DNA of 64,000 nt from an uncultured Flavobacteriaceae bacterium (GCA_947502495.1 CANNAC010000001.1:618906-682905); one strand, 5' to 3'; shown: positions 49,748 to 60,184, counted from the first letter of the stretch. Made by a program: numbers and translations. The notes: a model not told the origin generated them from the letters alone.

Positions 49748-50581
49748 ATGAAAAAAAATATTTTAATTGTATTAACATTAGTTTTTGGTGTGTTTGTAAA
49801 CGCACAAACACCGGCAACAGACGATATTAAGTCTGTAAACGAAGTAGTAACCGCAGATAATATAGAATGGGGTTGGTTAAATCCTTTACGAGGCGATAAA
49901 AGTCCAGCAGCAGGAAAACTTTGGGGAGACCGTACCAAAAACGAACCAGCAGGGTTTTTAGTGAAATTTAAAAAAGGATTCTCTTCGCCACCACATATAC
50001 ACAATATTACCTATCGTGGTGTGGTGATAAAAGGTTTACTACATAATGATGATGAAAATGCTGAAAAACAATGGTTGCCAGCTGGGTCATACTGGCAACA
50101 ACCTGCTGGAGAAGCACACATTACAGCGGCGGATGGGGAAAATAATATGGCGTTTTTAGATATTCAAGAAGGTCCGTATTTGGTAAAACCTACGTCAGAA
50201 GCTTTTGATAATGCCGAAAGACCTGTAAATGTTGACAAAACAAACTTGGTTTGGTTAAATGCTAACGACATCGAATGGGTTTCTGAAAAGAGCAATGTAG
50301 AAACTGCATTTTTATGGGGAAGTCACCAAAAAAATCAGCTACGTGCAACACTTTTAAAGTTGCCAGCTGGTTTTAAAGGAAAAATCAAAAATTTAAGTCC
50401 AAATTTAAGAGCAGTAGTTATTTCTGGAGGGATTTCACACCAGTTTTCTAAAAAAGAAGATAAAAAGGAATTAAATGCACCATCTTATTTTGGAGCTGAG
50501 GAAAACGCAACTTCAATCATTTCAGCAGAAAAAGAAACTGTTCTTTATATTAGAAGTAACGGAGAATTTGAGGTAAAATAA
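49748..50581 (+). CDS. DUF4437 cupin-like secreted protein
   Basis: WGWLNPLRGDKSP, LWGDRT, SPPHIHNITYRGVVI; ATG 49748. Confidence 0.82.
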   Translation: MKKNILIVLTLVFGVFVNAQTPATDDIKSVNEVVTADNIEWGWLNPLRGDKSPAAGKLWGDRTKNEPAGFLVKFKKGFSSPPHIHNITYRGVVIKGLLHNDDENAEKQWLPAGSYWQQPAGEAHITAADGENNMAFLDIQEGPYLVKPTSEAFDNAERPVNVDKTNLVWLNANDIEWVSEKSNVETAFLWGSHQKNQLRATLLKLPAGFKGKIKNLSPNLRAVVISGGISHQFSKKEDKKELNAPSYFGAEENATSIISAEKETVLYIRSNGEFEVK

Positions 50582-50583
50582 TC

Positions 50584-51690
50584 ATGAAAAACTTAAGTTT
50601 CATAATACTAGTATTCGCTTCAGTAATGGCTGTAAATTCACAAAACACATTGACTGAAGCGGAAACTTTTGCAACTACAGCGCAAGCAGTTGGTAATATT
50701 ACCTTTACGGATACTGGCGATTTGGTGTACAGTCATCATCCATTTTTTTCTCCAGAAAATAGAGTGATGATTATGGATGTAAAAACCAAAGAAAGCAAAG
50801 CATTTCCTAATAAAGCGTGGAATACACCACGAACTACAGACGATAATTATCTAAGTAATGTTCTAGGTATTAGAAACGATGAAAATGGCATTGTTTGGAT
50901 GTTAGATATGGCGCAACGCGATAATGTAACACCTAAAATAATGGGTTGGAACACAAAAACTAATCAGTTAGAACGTATTTATTATTTGCCTAAATCTTCC
51001 ATGCCAAAGTACGCGCAACCAAATGATATGGTTGTTGATACTAAAAACGGTTATTTTATAATTGCGGATGAAGGTATTGGTAATGGAGGAGACGGAAGTA
51101 AAGCAGCTTTCATTATTGTGGATATGAAAACCGGTAAAACACGTCGTATTTTAGAAGGAACACGAACAACAAAACCAGAAAACACACCAACCATTATTAA
51201 AGGCAAACATTTGGCAGTTAATGGAAAGGATCTATTGGTTGGTAACGACGGAATTACTGCAAATAAAGATTTTGAATACATTTATTATGGTCCGTTAAAC
51301 GGAACTAAAATCTACAGAATTAAAACTTTAGATTTAGTAAATGAAGGTTTTACAGAAGCAGAATTAGATGGCAAAATAGAAACCTATTCCGAAAAACCAA
51401 ACAATGGCGGAATGAGTATGGATACAGCAGGAAATATTTATTTAACCGCTTTAGAAACCAATAGTGTTGCTGTAGTTTTAGCAAAAGATAGAAGTGTAAA
51501 AACCATGACTTTTGATGAAAATATGGTTTGGCCAGATGGTGTTAGTTACAATCATGCAGATGGTTACATGTACGTTTCTGCAGCACAAGTTAATAAAGGT
51601 GCTGTTTTTAATGACGGAAAAGATCAGTCTACAAAACCTTTCTATATTTTTAGATTTAAACCACTTGTAGAAGGTGTTTCATTTAGATAA
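50584..51690 (+). CDS. Major royal jelly protein/Yellow-family beta-propeller, secreted
   Basis: VLGIRNDENGIVWMLDM, NDMVVD, DGITA, WPDGVS. Confidence 0.85.
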   Translation: MKNLSFIILVFASVMAVNSQNTLTEAETFATTAQAVGNITFTDTGDLVYSHHPFFSPENRVMIMDVKTKESKAFPNKAWNTPRTTDDNYLSNVLGIRNDENGIVWMLDMAQRDNVTPKIMGWNTKTNQLERIYYLPKSSMPKYAQPNDMVVDTKNGYFIIADEGIGNGGDGSKAAFIIVDMKTGKTRRILEGTRTTKPENTPTIIKGKHLAVNGKDLLVGNDGITANKDFEYIYYGPLNGTKIYRIKTLDLVNEGFTEAELDGKIETYSEKPNNGGMSMDTAGNIYLTALETNSVAVVLAKDRSVKTMTFDENMVWPDGVSYNHADGYMYVSAAQVNKGAVFNDGKDQSTKPFYIFRFKPLVEGVSFR

Positions 51691-51801
51691 AAAATAAGTT
51701 GATTGATAGTTGAATCCCTAATTATTGATTAATAGCAGGAAGAAGTCACAGTTTTGTGGCTTTTTCTATTTTATATATTTTGTAACTTTATAAAAAAAAA
51801 T

Positions 51802-52665
51802 ATGGCTAGAACGATTATTGAAAACATTGTGATTGCGCAATACAAAAAACAAACATTTTTTGAATTTTGTAAATACACAACCATTCGTTTTTTTGAAATC
51901 GTCTATTTCGAAGAAGGCTCAGGTGCCATAAAAATAAATGGTAAAACAGTAAAATATTCTGCTAACAGCATTTTTGTGTTTATTCCAGATGACATTTATA
52001 TTGTAAATCCAGAAACAGAAACAACAATTGTAGCTATTAAGTTTTTAAAGAGTTTTTTCAGAAATACGGCTTCTCAAAATGAAACACTTCCCGTGAATGA
52101 TTGGTTTCGTAAAATTGAAGAAATTTTAAATAGCGAAAGTCACGAACTTCGTGAAATGCAGTTCGAGACTGATGCAGATCGTACGCATTTAGTTGCTTTA
52201 GTAAATATGGTTGCTACTGAATACTTAAATAAGCAATCCTTCGATATCTTCATCATTCAAAATTCATTGTCTGTTATTTTGCATCTCATTGCTCGAAACA
52301 TTCAATTTATAAACACTTCAGATTCTGTAAAAGAAGTGAAATCGTCTAAAATTCAGCAAATCATTAATTATATCCATTCTAATATTTATAATTCTGAATT
52401 GTTATCTACTAAAAGTTTAGCAGAAGAGTTTCATATGGCAGATAATTATATCAGTGAATATTTTAAAAAACATACCGATGTTTCTTTAAAAAAGTACATC
52501 ATCAACTATAAATTAAAACTTGTTGAAACGCGTTTAAAATATACCGATTTACAATATTCCGAAATTGCTGCCGAACTTGGTTTTACAGATTCGAGTCATT
52601 TAAGCAAAACATTTCAAAGTTATAAAAGCACGAGTTTAAGTGCTTTTAGAGCAAGTTTAGCTTAA
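51802..52665 (+). CDS. AraC-family transcriptional regulator
   Basis: C-terminal INYIH..YISEYFKKH..EIAAELGFTDSSHLSKTF; ATG 51802. Confidence 0.92.
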   Translation: MARTIIENIVIAQYKKQTFFEFCKYTTIRFFEIVYFEEGSGAIKINGKTVKYSANSIFVFIPDDIYIVNPETETTIVAIKFLKSFFRNTASQNETLPVNDWFRKIEEILNSESHELREMQFETDADRTHLVALVNMVATEYLNKQSFDIFIIQNSLSVILHLIARNIQFINTSDSVKEVKSSKIQQIINYIHSNIYNSELLSTKSLAEEFHMADNYISEYFKKHTDVSLKKYIINYKLKLVETRLKYTDLQYSEIAAELGFTDSSHLSKTFQSYKSTSLSAFRASLA

Positions 52666-52736
52666 TTATATACAGAAACCTTTTTTTTTACTAATACCAC
52701 TTTGTTTTCTACCAAAATAAGGATTGGTTCCTATTT

Positions 52737-52744
52737 TAAATTTG
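52737..52744 (+). promoter_or_regulatory. Housekeeping -7 promoter element
   Basis: TAAATTTG, 42 nt before ATG 52786. Confidence 0.5.
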
Positions 52745-52785
52745 CAGTGTAATTAATACACACTAACAACTTAAAATAAGATACC

Positions 52786-53631
52786 ATGGACTACAAGAAT
52801 TTTCAAACATTTACAGCAAAACAAGAGGGAGGAATTTTAACCGTAGATATTAACTTCGGATCAGTAAACGTTCAGGGACAAGAAATGCTTGCAGATTTAA
52901 GCAGTCTTTGTTTACGATTAGAGCGTGATAGAAGCGTAAAAGTAGTTGTTTTTGAATCTTCAAATCCAGGATATTGGGTATGTCATTATGATACCAACTT
53001 ACTTAGAGATATGTCTATGGAAGCGGTGACAAGAAACGAAGTACAATTATTAGACTTACAATTGGTGCTAGAAAGATTAAGCAATGTACCACAAGCAACC
53101 ATAGCAAAAATTGAAGGTTTTGCACGTGGTGGCGGACACGAAATGGCATTGGCATTAGATATGCGTTTTGCGGCAAAAGGAAAAGCCAAATTTATGCAAA
53201 TGGAAGTAGGTATGGGCATTTTACCTTGTGGTGGCGGAGCTTCACGTATGGCAAGGCAAACAGGTTTAGGAAAAGCACTGGAAATTATTTTAGGTGCCAA
53301 AGATTGGGATGCGGACGAGGCTGAAAAATTCGGAACCATAAATAAAGCTTTAGATGCAGATGAAATAGGAGCTTATGTTGATGCTTTGGCAGAACGGATC
53401 TCTAAATTCCCCGCAGATTCTATTGCGGCCAGTAAGCGTGCGGTTTATGCGTCTATTGACTTACCAATTAAAGAAGCATTAAAAGAAGAAGCTTACCAAT
53501 TGTTTCAGGCAACAAGTAGAACGCCAGCAATAAAAAGATTCACCTATGCAGATGAAAATGGTGCTCAGTTTGACCATAACAACCAAAAGAATTGGGAACA
53601 AATGGTGATGGATATTCAAGATATAAATTAA
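52786..53631 (+). CDS. Enoyl-CoA hydratase/isomerase (crotonase) family
   Basis: IAKIEGFARGGGHE, DMRFA, QMEVGMGILP; both catalytic Glu positions present. Confidence 0.92.
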   Translation: MDYKNFQTFTAKQEGGILTVDINFGSVNVQGQEMLADLSSLCLRLERDRSVKVVVFESSNPGYWVCHYDTNLLRDMSMEAVTRNEVQLLDLQLVLERLSNVPQATIAKIEGFARGGGHEMALALDMRFAAKGKAKFMQMEVGMGILPCGGGASRMARQTGLGKALEIILGAKDWDADEAEKFGTINKALDADEIGAYVDALAERISKFPADSIAASKRAVYASIDLPIKEALKEEAYQLFQATSRTPAIKRFTYADENGAQFDHNNQKNWEQMVMDIQDIN

Positions 53632-53672
53632 TAAAACAAGAATTATAATTAAATAAAACAAGAAGATTAAAT

Positions 53673-54656
53673 ATGAAAGCAATGTTATTGAACAGTTATG
53701 GAGAAAATGCAACATTTACGGCAACTGAAATTGAAAAACCAGCAGTAAAAGGAAATCACGTATTGGTGAAAATAGCGGCATCTAGTGTAAATACAATAGA
53801 TACTATGATTAAAAATATGGGAACCGATTTACCATTATCACCAGCTGCACCGGCCTTATTGGGAATGGATTTCTCGGGAACTGTAGAGTCGGTTGGCGAT
53901 GGTGTAGCAGGTTTTAAAGTAGGCGATGAAGTGTACGGTTGCGCTGGCGGTTTAGCCGATTTACCAGGAACTTTAACAGAATATATTGTAGCCGATAGCA
54001 GCCTTGTAGCGCACAAACCAAAAGGCTTAACAATGCGCGAAACTGCAGCATTACCATTAGTAGCTATTACAGCCTTCGAAGGTTTAACAAGAGCAGGAGT
54101 AAAAGAGGGACAAAAAGTATTGGTACATGGTGGTTCTGGTGGTGTTGGTCACTTAGCGGTACAACTGGCTAAATATTTTGGAGCAGAAGTTTTTGCTACA
54201 GGTACAGGTGACAATCAGAAAGCTATTGTTGAAAAATTTGGTGCCACGTTCATCGATTTTAAAATTGAAAAGGTAGCCGATTATACTGCAAAATATACCG
54301 ATGGTGGTTTTGATGTGGTTTTTGATACTGTTGGTGGAGCAAACCTGAACAATTCTATTGAAGCTGTTGCCTTAAACGGACACATTTCAACTACGGTTTC
54401 GTTATGTGAGTTAGATTTAACGCCGTTACACTTTAAAGGTGCATCATTACACGTGATATTTATGTTAATACCAATGTTACACAATTTTAAAAGAGATGCA
54501 CACGGAAAAATTTTAGAGCGTTTAGCTGAAATTTCTAATGAAGGACATTTAACTCCAATAATAGATGAAAACAAGTTTTCACTAGAACAAGTGGGTGACG
54601 CTTACGCACATTTACAAAGTGGCAAAGCTATTGGTAAAATAGTAGTTGAGAACTAA
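53673..54656 (+). CDS. MDR-family NADPH:quinone reductase-like oxidoreductase
   Basis: SSVNTID, LGMDFSG, HGGSGGVG, VVFDTVGG, GKIVV. Confidence 0.9.
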   Translation: MKAMLLNSYGENATFTATEIEKPAVKGNHVLVKIAASSVNTIDTMIKNMGTDLPLSPAAPALLGMDFSGTVESVGDGVAGFKVGDEVYGCAGGLADLPGTLTEYIVADSSLVAHKPKGLTMRETAALPLVAITAFEGLTRAGVKEGQKVLVHGGSGGVGHLAVQLAKYFGAEVFATGTGDNQKAIVEKFGATFIDFKIEKVADYTAKYTDGGFDVVFDTVGGANLNNSIEAVALNGHISTTVSLCELDLTPLHFKGASLHVIFMLIPMLHNFKRDAHGKILERLAEISNEGHLTPIIDENKFSLEQVGDAYAHLQSGKAIGKIVVEN

Positions 54657-54864
54657 AAACAAATAAGGATTTGAAGTGTATCCTTATGGTTGATTAATAG
54701 TGTTAAATGCCTCTTTTTAGAGGTGTTTTTCATTTAAAAAATAGAAAACCTTGTTTTTTACTAAAACCACCATTTTTACTACCAAAGCTCAACAGCCGTT
54801 TGTGCTTAATTTTGTTATAGATAAAAAATACAATAGCAGTAAGATATACTTAAAACATATAATT

Positions 54865-55827
54865 ATGAAAACAATAGAACATATAAATGCACTTGCAGAA
54901 GCTCGTGCTCTAGAAGTACCATCACGAGAATTATCATTGAGACGCGATCCATCTGTATCTCAATTTTGGAACAATAACCAGAAAATATTGGAACATGCTT
55001 GGGCAGAATGGGAAATTGAAAACAAGAACGATTTACTAATTCCTAATGAATCACTGCTTGATGCCCGTTTACGAAAGGCAATTAAAGAGGCTTGGGAAAA
55101 CCCAGAAAAAGAAAATGCTGTTGCCGATTTATGGGAAGAAATTATTCCTGGTGTTTATTCTGCACAGTTTTTTAACCCTGAACGCTTAGCGGATTTTCGT
55201 AAATATTTAGAAGCTGTAGTAAATTCACAAATTCCTAAACGAGCACCCTACGGAATACAATTGAATCGTTATGGCGTTATGCTTGATCCACGCTCAGAAG
55301 GCTATCTTGCAGCCCCTAATTTTCAGGCATTTTATAACGATATTATGGACCGTTATATGCGTCCGATTGCACGTTTGTTATTAGGTACTTATGGTTATGA
55401 CAACCAAACATTTGGTTTTTCTATTCAGTACAATCCAGATAAAGACAAGGATTTACATGCGCATACTGATGCTTCGGCTGTTACCTTGAATATCAATATG
55501 AACTTACCTGATGAAGCATTTACAGGTTCGCAAGTTGATTTCTATGATAAAACCACAGGAAAAACGGTGCAAACTACTTTTGAATCAGGGAAAGCAATAA
55601 TTCACAGAGGTGATGTAGCACATGCAACGCACCCAATTAGCAGCGGGCAGCGTAGTAATTTGGTTGTGTGGTTATACGGAGACCGTATGCAAATCCCAAG
55701 AAGTGGAGCAAGTAGCTACGGTAGTGTGGATAACTCAGCATCTAAAGTGGTTACATCAGAAAACATTAGTGCTCGCGAGCGTTGGAGTATACCAAAAAGT
55801 CCTAAAGACACCTCTGCACCTTTTTAA
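54865..55827 (+). CDS. 2-oxoglutarate/Fe(II) dioxygenase
   Basis: HTD...H facial triad (LHAHTDAS, AHATHP) and GQRSNLVVW 2OG-binding Arg; ATG 54865. Confidence 0.88.
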   Translation: MKTIEHINALAEARALEVPSRELSLRRDPSVSQFWNNNQKILEHAWAEWEIENKNDLLIPNESLLDARLRKAIKEAWENPEKENAVADLWEEIIPGVYSAQFFNPERLADFRKYLEAVVNSQIPKRAPYGIQLNRYGVMLDPRSEGYLAAPNFQAFYNDIMDRYMRPIARLLLGTYGYDNQTFGFSIQYNPDKDKDLHAHTDASAVTLNINMNLPDEAFTGSQVDFYDKTTGKTVQTTFESGKAIIHRGDVAHATHPISSGQRSNLVVWLYGDRMQIPRSGASSYGSVDNSASKVVTSENISARERWSIPKSPKDTSAPF

Positions 55828-55932
55828 AAAAGACTAGAAATCGTTTATCTTGCTTTATACAATCGTTATATGTAGAAATAGAGGAAAAACTAGTATCAGA
55901 ATTTTATAACAAGGTTCAAAAAAACATGAAAA

Positions 55933-55990
55933 TGTCACCTTGAGCGCAGTCGAAAGGTCTTTTTAGTTCACATCTACGCTCAAGGTGACA
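55933..55990. repeat. TGTC-tagged inverted repeat pair (REP-like)
   Basis: TGTCACCTTGAGCG (55933-55946) and perfect complement CGCTCAAGGTGACA (55977-55990). Confidence 0.8.
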
Positions 55991-56013
55991 CTTCAATAAA
56001 AAAATAAAAAATC

Positions 56014-56826
56014 ATGAGTAAAACAATAATAGTAACAGGAAGTACAGACGGTATTGGAAAGTTAACCGCTTTAAGCTTCGCTGAAAAAGGACATACGGTT
56101 TATGTACATGGAAGAAATGATGCAAAAGTGGACACGGTTGTTTCAGAAATAAAAGCAACAACAAACAATCAGAACATACATGGTTTGGTTGCAGATTTTT
56201 CCGATTTGGAAGCTGTTTCCAAATTAGCAGAACAGATTAAGAAAGACATTCCTAAAATAGATATACTTATAAATAATGCGGGAATTTTCAAAACGAAAGA
56301 AGTTCAGAATAAAAACGGATTAGACATCCGTATGGTTGTTAATTATTTAGCACCTTATGTGTTGACAAATGCCATACTAGAAAATATAAAGCAATCCGAA
56401 GCACCAAGAATTATCAATTTAAGTTCTGCTGCACAAGCACCAGTTTCTGAAGCTGTTTTGATAGGAAAGGAGCAAGATTCAGAAAATAGTACATACGCAC
56501 AAAGTAAGTTAGCACTAACCATGTGGAGTTTTAATCTAGCAAAACAAGAACCAAGTATTAATGTAATTGCTGTAAATCCCGGTTCATTATTAAATACCAA
56601 AATGGCTAATGAAGCGTATGGTCAACATTGGTCACCTGCAGAAAAAGGAGTGGATATTTTAATGGATTTAGCACTATCTGAAGCATATAAAAACGATTCC
56701 GGTAAGTATTTTGATAACGATAAAGGAGATCCGAAAGGTTATTTTGCACCAGCGCATCCAGATGCTTATGCGGATAGTAAAATAGAGATGTTATTAAGTA
56801 TAACTAATAGATTGTTAAAAGATTAA
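56014..56826 (+). CDS. SDR-family oxidoreductase
   Basis: TGSTDGIG, NNAGI, YAQSK. Confidence 0.92.
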   Translation: MSKTIIVTGSTDGIGKLTALSFAEKGHTVYVHGRNDAKVDTVVSEIKATTNNQNIHGLVADFSDLEAVSKLAEQIKKDIPKIDILINNAGIFKTKEVQNKNGLDIRMVVNYLAPYVLTNAILENIKQSEAPRIINLSSAAQAPVSEAVLIGKEQDSENSTYAQSKLALTMWSFNLAKQEPSINVIAVNPGSLLNTKMANEAYGQHWSPAEKGVDILMDLALSEAYKNDSGKYFDNDKGDPKGYFAPAHPDAYADSKIEMLLSITNRLLKD

Positions 56827-56874
56827 AGCTTTTAAATGTCTATTCTTTCTGATTTTATAACAATATATTTAGTA

Positions 56875-56912
56875 AAATGCTCCAATTAATTTAGTGATTA
56901 ATTGGAGCATTT
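56875..56912 (+). terminator. Intrinsic terminator
   Basis: 16-bp stem AAATGCTCCAATTAAT/ATTAATTGGAGCATTT. Confidence 0.8.
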
Positions 56913-57039
56913 CTTATATTATAAAACGAATAGAAATCGATTCAAATTTATAGTATTAAAACGATTCAAAAAAAAGACATAATTGCTTAGGTAATATAGA
57001 AGTAATTTAATTTTTTTGCAGACTAAAATTTAACCATTA

Positions 57040-57663
57040 ATGGATAACTTAATTACATTTTCAATTACTGTTTTTACAGCCTTTTTTGCTATAACAAATC
57101 CGATATCTAACATGACTGTCTTTGTATCTTTAACACAAGGTGCAGATAAGAAAACAAAGCATGATATTAATAAAAGATCCAATATTATAGCTTTTATTAT
57201 TGTCGCTGTTTTTGTGCTTCTAGGAAAGTATATTTTCGAATTATTTAATATCAGTATTCCAGCCTTTAAAATTACAGGTGGTATTTTGATCTTCTTTATT
57301 GGGTTTGATATGCTGCAATCTAAGCAGTCTAATGTAAAAACGCTAGATAACGTTCATGTGGATGAAAACATTGCTGTTTCTCCTTTAGCAATACCAATTT
57401 TAGCAGGACCAGGAACTATTGTTACCGCAATGAATTTTGTGTCTAATGTAGAAACGATTCATATTATTTTAGTGATTCTTATCTTTGGTTCCATGAGTTT
57501 ATTAACTTATTTCACATTTAGATTAAGTGATCTTATTGTGAAAATAGTCGGTCATAACGTGATTTCTGTTATAGGAAAAATAATGGGATTGATTATAGCA
57601 ATTATAGGAACAGGTATGATTATTCAAGGAATTAAAATTTCTTTTAATTTAATATCTATATAA
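57040..57663 (+). CDS. MarC-family inner membrane protein
   Basis: FFAITNP, FKITGGILIF, PLAIPILAGPG, KIMGLII. Confidence 0.92.
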   Translation: MDNLITFSITVFTAFFAITNPISNMTVFVSLTQGADKKTKHDINKRSNIIAFIIVAVFVLLGKYIFELFNISIPAFKITGGILIFFIGFDMLQSKQSNVKTLDNVHVDENIAVSPLAIPILAGPGTIVTAMNFVSNVETIHIILVILIFGSMSLLTYFTFRLSDLIVKIVGHNVISVIGKIMGLIIAIIGTGMIIQGIKISFNLISI

Positions 57664-57690
57664 ATATAGGGGTAATCTTTAGAACGAAAT

Positions 57691-58287
57691 ATGAAAAAAA
57701 TACTAGTACTATTTTCCCATCCTAAATATGAAAAATCTAGAGCAAATACCGCACTTGTTAATCATATAAAAGACATGGAAGGTGTTACTTTTCATGATTT
57801 ATACGAACGCTATCCAGATTTTCATATTGATGTTCCTGCCGAAAAAGAACTACTAAATGCCCATGATGTCATTATTTGGCATCATCCTTTTTATTGGTAT
57901 AGTTGTCCGCCATTAATGAAACAATGGATAGATATGGTTTTAGAGTTTGATTGGGCGTATGGTCCAAATGGAAAAGCCCTTCAAAACAAAACCTGCTTAA
58001 ATGTTATTACTACAGGTGGTTCTAGAGAAGTCTACTGTTCTGAAGGTAGTAATAGCTTTACAGTGAGTCAGTTTTTAAGACCTTTTGAGCAAACCGCAAA
58101 CTTGTGTGGTATGGAGTATTTATTGCCATTTACAGTAATGGAAACACATAAATTAAGTGAGGTTGATTTAAGTAATTACGCAATCCAATACGGAAATCTA
58201 ATTACACTACTTAAAGATAATCTGACCAAAAAAGACTGCAAAGGATTCTCTTTTTTAAATGATATTCCTAAACTGAAAAAACAATAA
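57691..58287 (+). CDS. KefF/KefG-like flavodoxin-fold NAD(P)H oxidoreductase
   Basis: HDLYERYPDF, HPFYWYSCP, KQWID, TTGG. Confidence 0.9.
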   Translation: MKKILVLFSHPKYEKSRANTALVNHIKDMEGVTFHDLYERYPDFHIDVPAEKELLNAHDVIIWHHPFYWYSCPPLMKQWIDMVLEFDWAYGPNGKALQNKTCLNVITTGGSREVYCSEGSNSFTVSQFLRPFEQTANLCGMEYLLPFTVMETHKLSEVDLSNYAIQYGNLITLLKDNLTKKDCKGFSFLNDIPKLKKQ

Positions 58288-58290
58288 ATT

Positions 58291-60180
58291 ATGACTGGAA
58301 GTATCCTTTTTGAAGCCATAGTTTTTCTTGCTGGCGCCATTATTTGCGTATCTATTGCCAAACGATTAGGCTTAAGTTCTGTAATAGGCTATTTATTAGC
58401 GGGTGTATTAATTGGTCCTTATGTATTAGGTTTTATTGGAAATGAAGGCGAAGATATTTTGCATTTTGCAGAATTTGGAGTGGTAATGATGCTGTTTTTA
58501 ATCGGACTAGAGATTGAGCCAAAAAATTTCTGGAACATGCGAAAAACCATACTTGGTATGGGCGGAATACAAGTAGGAGGAACCATGCTGCTATCGTATA
58601 TACTATTCACCCTTTTGGGTTTTGAATGGAAAGTTTCTTTGGTTATTTCTATGGCTGTAGCATTATCATCCACCGCAATTGCTATGCAAACCATAAAGGA
58701 AAAGAGATTAATGGATACTACCTTTGGTACGTCTGCTTTTTCCATTTTATTGTTTCAGGATATTATTGTGATTTTCATGTTGGGTTTTATTCCGCTGTTA
58801 TCGCATACAGAGGATAACGCTTCCGCGGAAAAACATAGCGAGCATGCTAATTTATTAGAGAATTTACCTATCGGTTTTCAAACATTAGCCATTCTTTTAT
58901 CGGTAGTTTTAATCATTATTGCTGGTCGTTATTTAATTGTACCCATGCTACGAAAAGTAGCCAAAACAGGTGTTCGAGAACTTTTAATTGCAGCGGCTTT
59001 TTTAATTGTTTTCGGGATTTCATTTATCATGGAATACGTTGGTATAAGTCCCGCTTTAGGAGCCTTTTTAGGTGGTGTAGTACTTTCTAATAGTGAGTTT
59101 AAACATGAACTTGAAAGTACGCTAGAGCCTTTTAAAAACTTACTTTTAGGTTTGTTTTTTATGGCTGTTGGTGCGTCTATTAACTTTATTGTTATTGCTA
59201 AAAGTCCGCTGACTATTGGAGGAATCTTAATTGCAATTATCGCTTTAAAAGCTGTTGTTTTATTTATAACAGGTTATATCTTTAAACTAAAACTCGATCA
59301 AAAATTAATGCTAACCTTTAGTTTAGCCCAAATTGGAGAATTTGCATTTGTATTGTTATCTTTTGCTTTCGGACTTAATATTTTAGAGCAAGATCAAATG
59401 GATATGCTATTAGTAATAACAGCATTAAGTATGTCGCTAACACCAATTATAGGTGTTATTAATGAGCGGTTTATTCTTCCAAGAATTGGTACAAAACAAT
59501 CTGTGAAACGTCCAATGGATCATATTGCAAAATCGCAAAAAATAATATTGGTAGGTTTTGGGCACTTTGGAAGTACTATCGGAAGGTTTTTGCGTTCGCA
59601 CGGAGTAGAAGCTACCATTTTAGATCACGATTCCAATCGTGTCGATTTTCTACGTAAAATGGGATTCGAAGTATATTATGGAGATGCTACACGTCTCGAT
59701 TTATTAGAATCTGCAGGAATTGCAGAAGCTAAAATAGTTATTTGCGCTACAAATAAGATTGAAGTTTCTAAAGCAATTAGTAAAATTATAAAAGAAAAGT
59801 ATCCGCATGTAGAATTAATGATTCGGACTAAAAATCGTTATGATGCCTATGAATTACTTAATCTAGGAAATGAAAATATCTATCGAGAATCTTTGGAAAC
59901 TTCCTTGACTTTAGCGAAAGACGTGCTGAGTAAAATGGGTTTCAGAAAGTATACCTTGAATAGGCAAGTACAGAATTTTATCAAATATGATGAAAACAGT
60001 TTAAGACGTTTAGCATCCGAGCCAAAACGGGAAGATGACTACATTTTTAAAGCAAGAAAAGAGCTAGAACAACAGGAGAAATTTTTAAATGAAGATTTTA
60101 AGAGAGGTATTGTAGAATACGATAGCCATTGGGATAGCGAACATATTAGAAAAGCCTTAGATAACACAACAGACCAATAA
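58291..60180 (+). CDS. KefB/KefC-like CPA2 potassium efflux antiporter with KTN domain
   Basis: AEFGVVMMLFLIGLE, LLFQD, GLFFMAVG, GFGHFG, YYGDATR. Confidence 0.92.
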   Translation: MTGSILFEAIVFLAGAIICVSIAKRLGLSSVIGYLLAGVLIGPYVLGFIGNEGEDILHFAEFGVVMMLFLIGLEIEPKNFWNMRKTILGMGGIQVGGTMLLSYILFTLLGFEWKVSLVISMAVALSSTAIAMQTIKEKRLMDTTFGTSAFSILLFQDIIVIFMLGFIPLLSHTEDNASAEKHSEHANLLENLPIGFQTLAILLSVVLIIIAGRYLIVPMLRKVAKTGVRELLIAAAFLIVFGISFIMEYVGISPALGAFLGGVVLSNSEFKHELESTLEPFKNLLLGLFFMAVGASINFIVIAKSPLTIGGILIAIIALKAVVLFITGYIFKLKLDQKLMLTFSLAQIGEFAFVLLSFAFGLNILEQDQMDMLLVITALSMSLTPIIGVINERFILPRIGTKQSVKRPMDHIAKSQKIILVGFGHFGSTIGRFLRSHGVEATILDHDSNRVDFLRKMGFEVYYGDATRLDLLESAGIAEAKIVICATNKIEVSKAISKIIKEKYPHVELMIRTKNRYDAYELLNLGNENIYRESLETSLTLAKDVLSKMGFRKYTLNRQVQNFIKYDENSLRRLASEPKREDDYIFKARKELEQQEKFLNEDFKRGIVEYDSHWDSEHIRKALDNTTDQ

Positions 60181-60184
60181 AGTA

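Noticed and set aside
57040-57663. MarC as an antibiotic-resistance determinant
   Set aside because: The family name is historical; nothing in the sequence supports a resistance role
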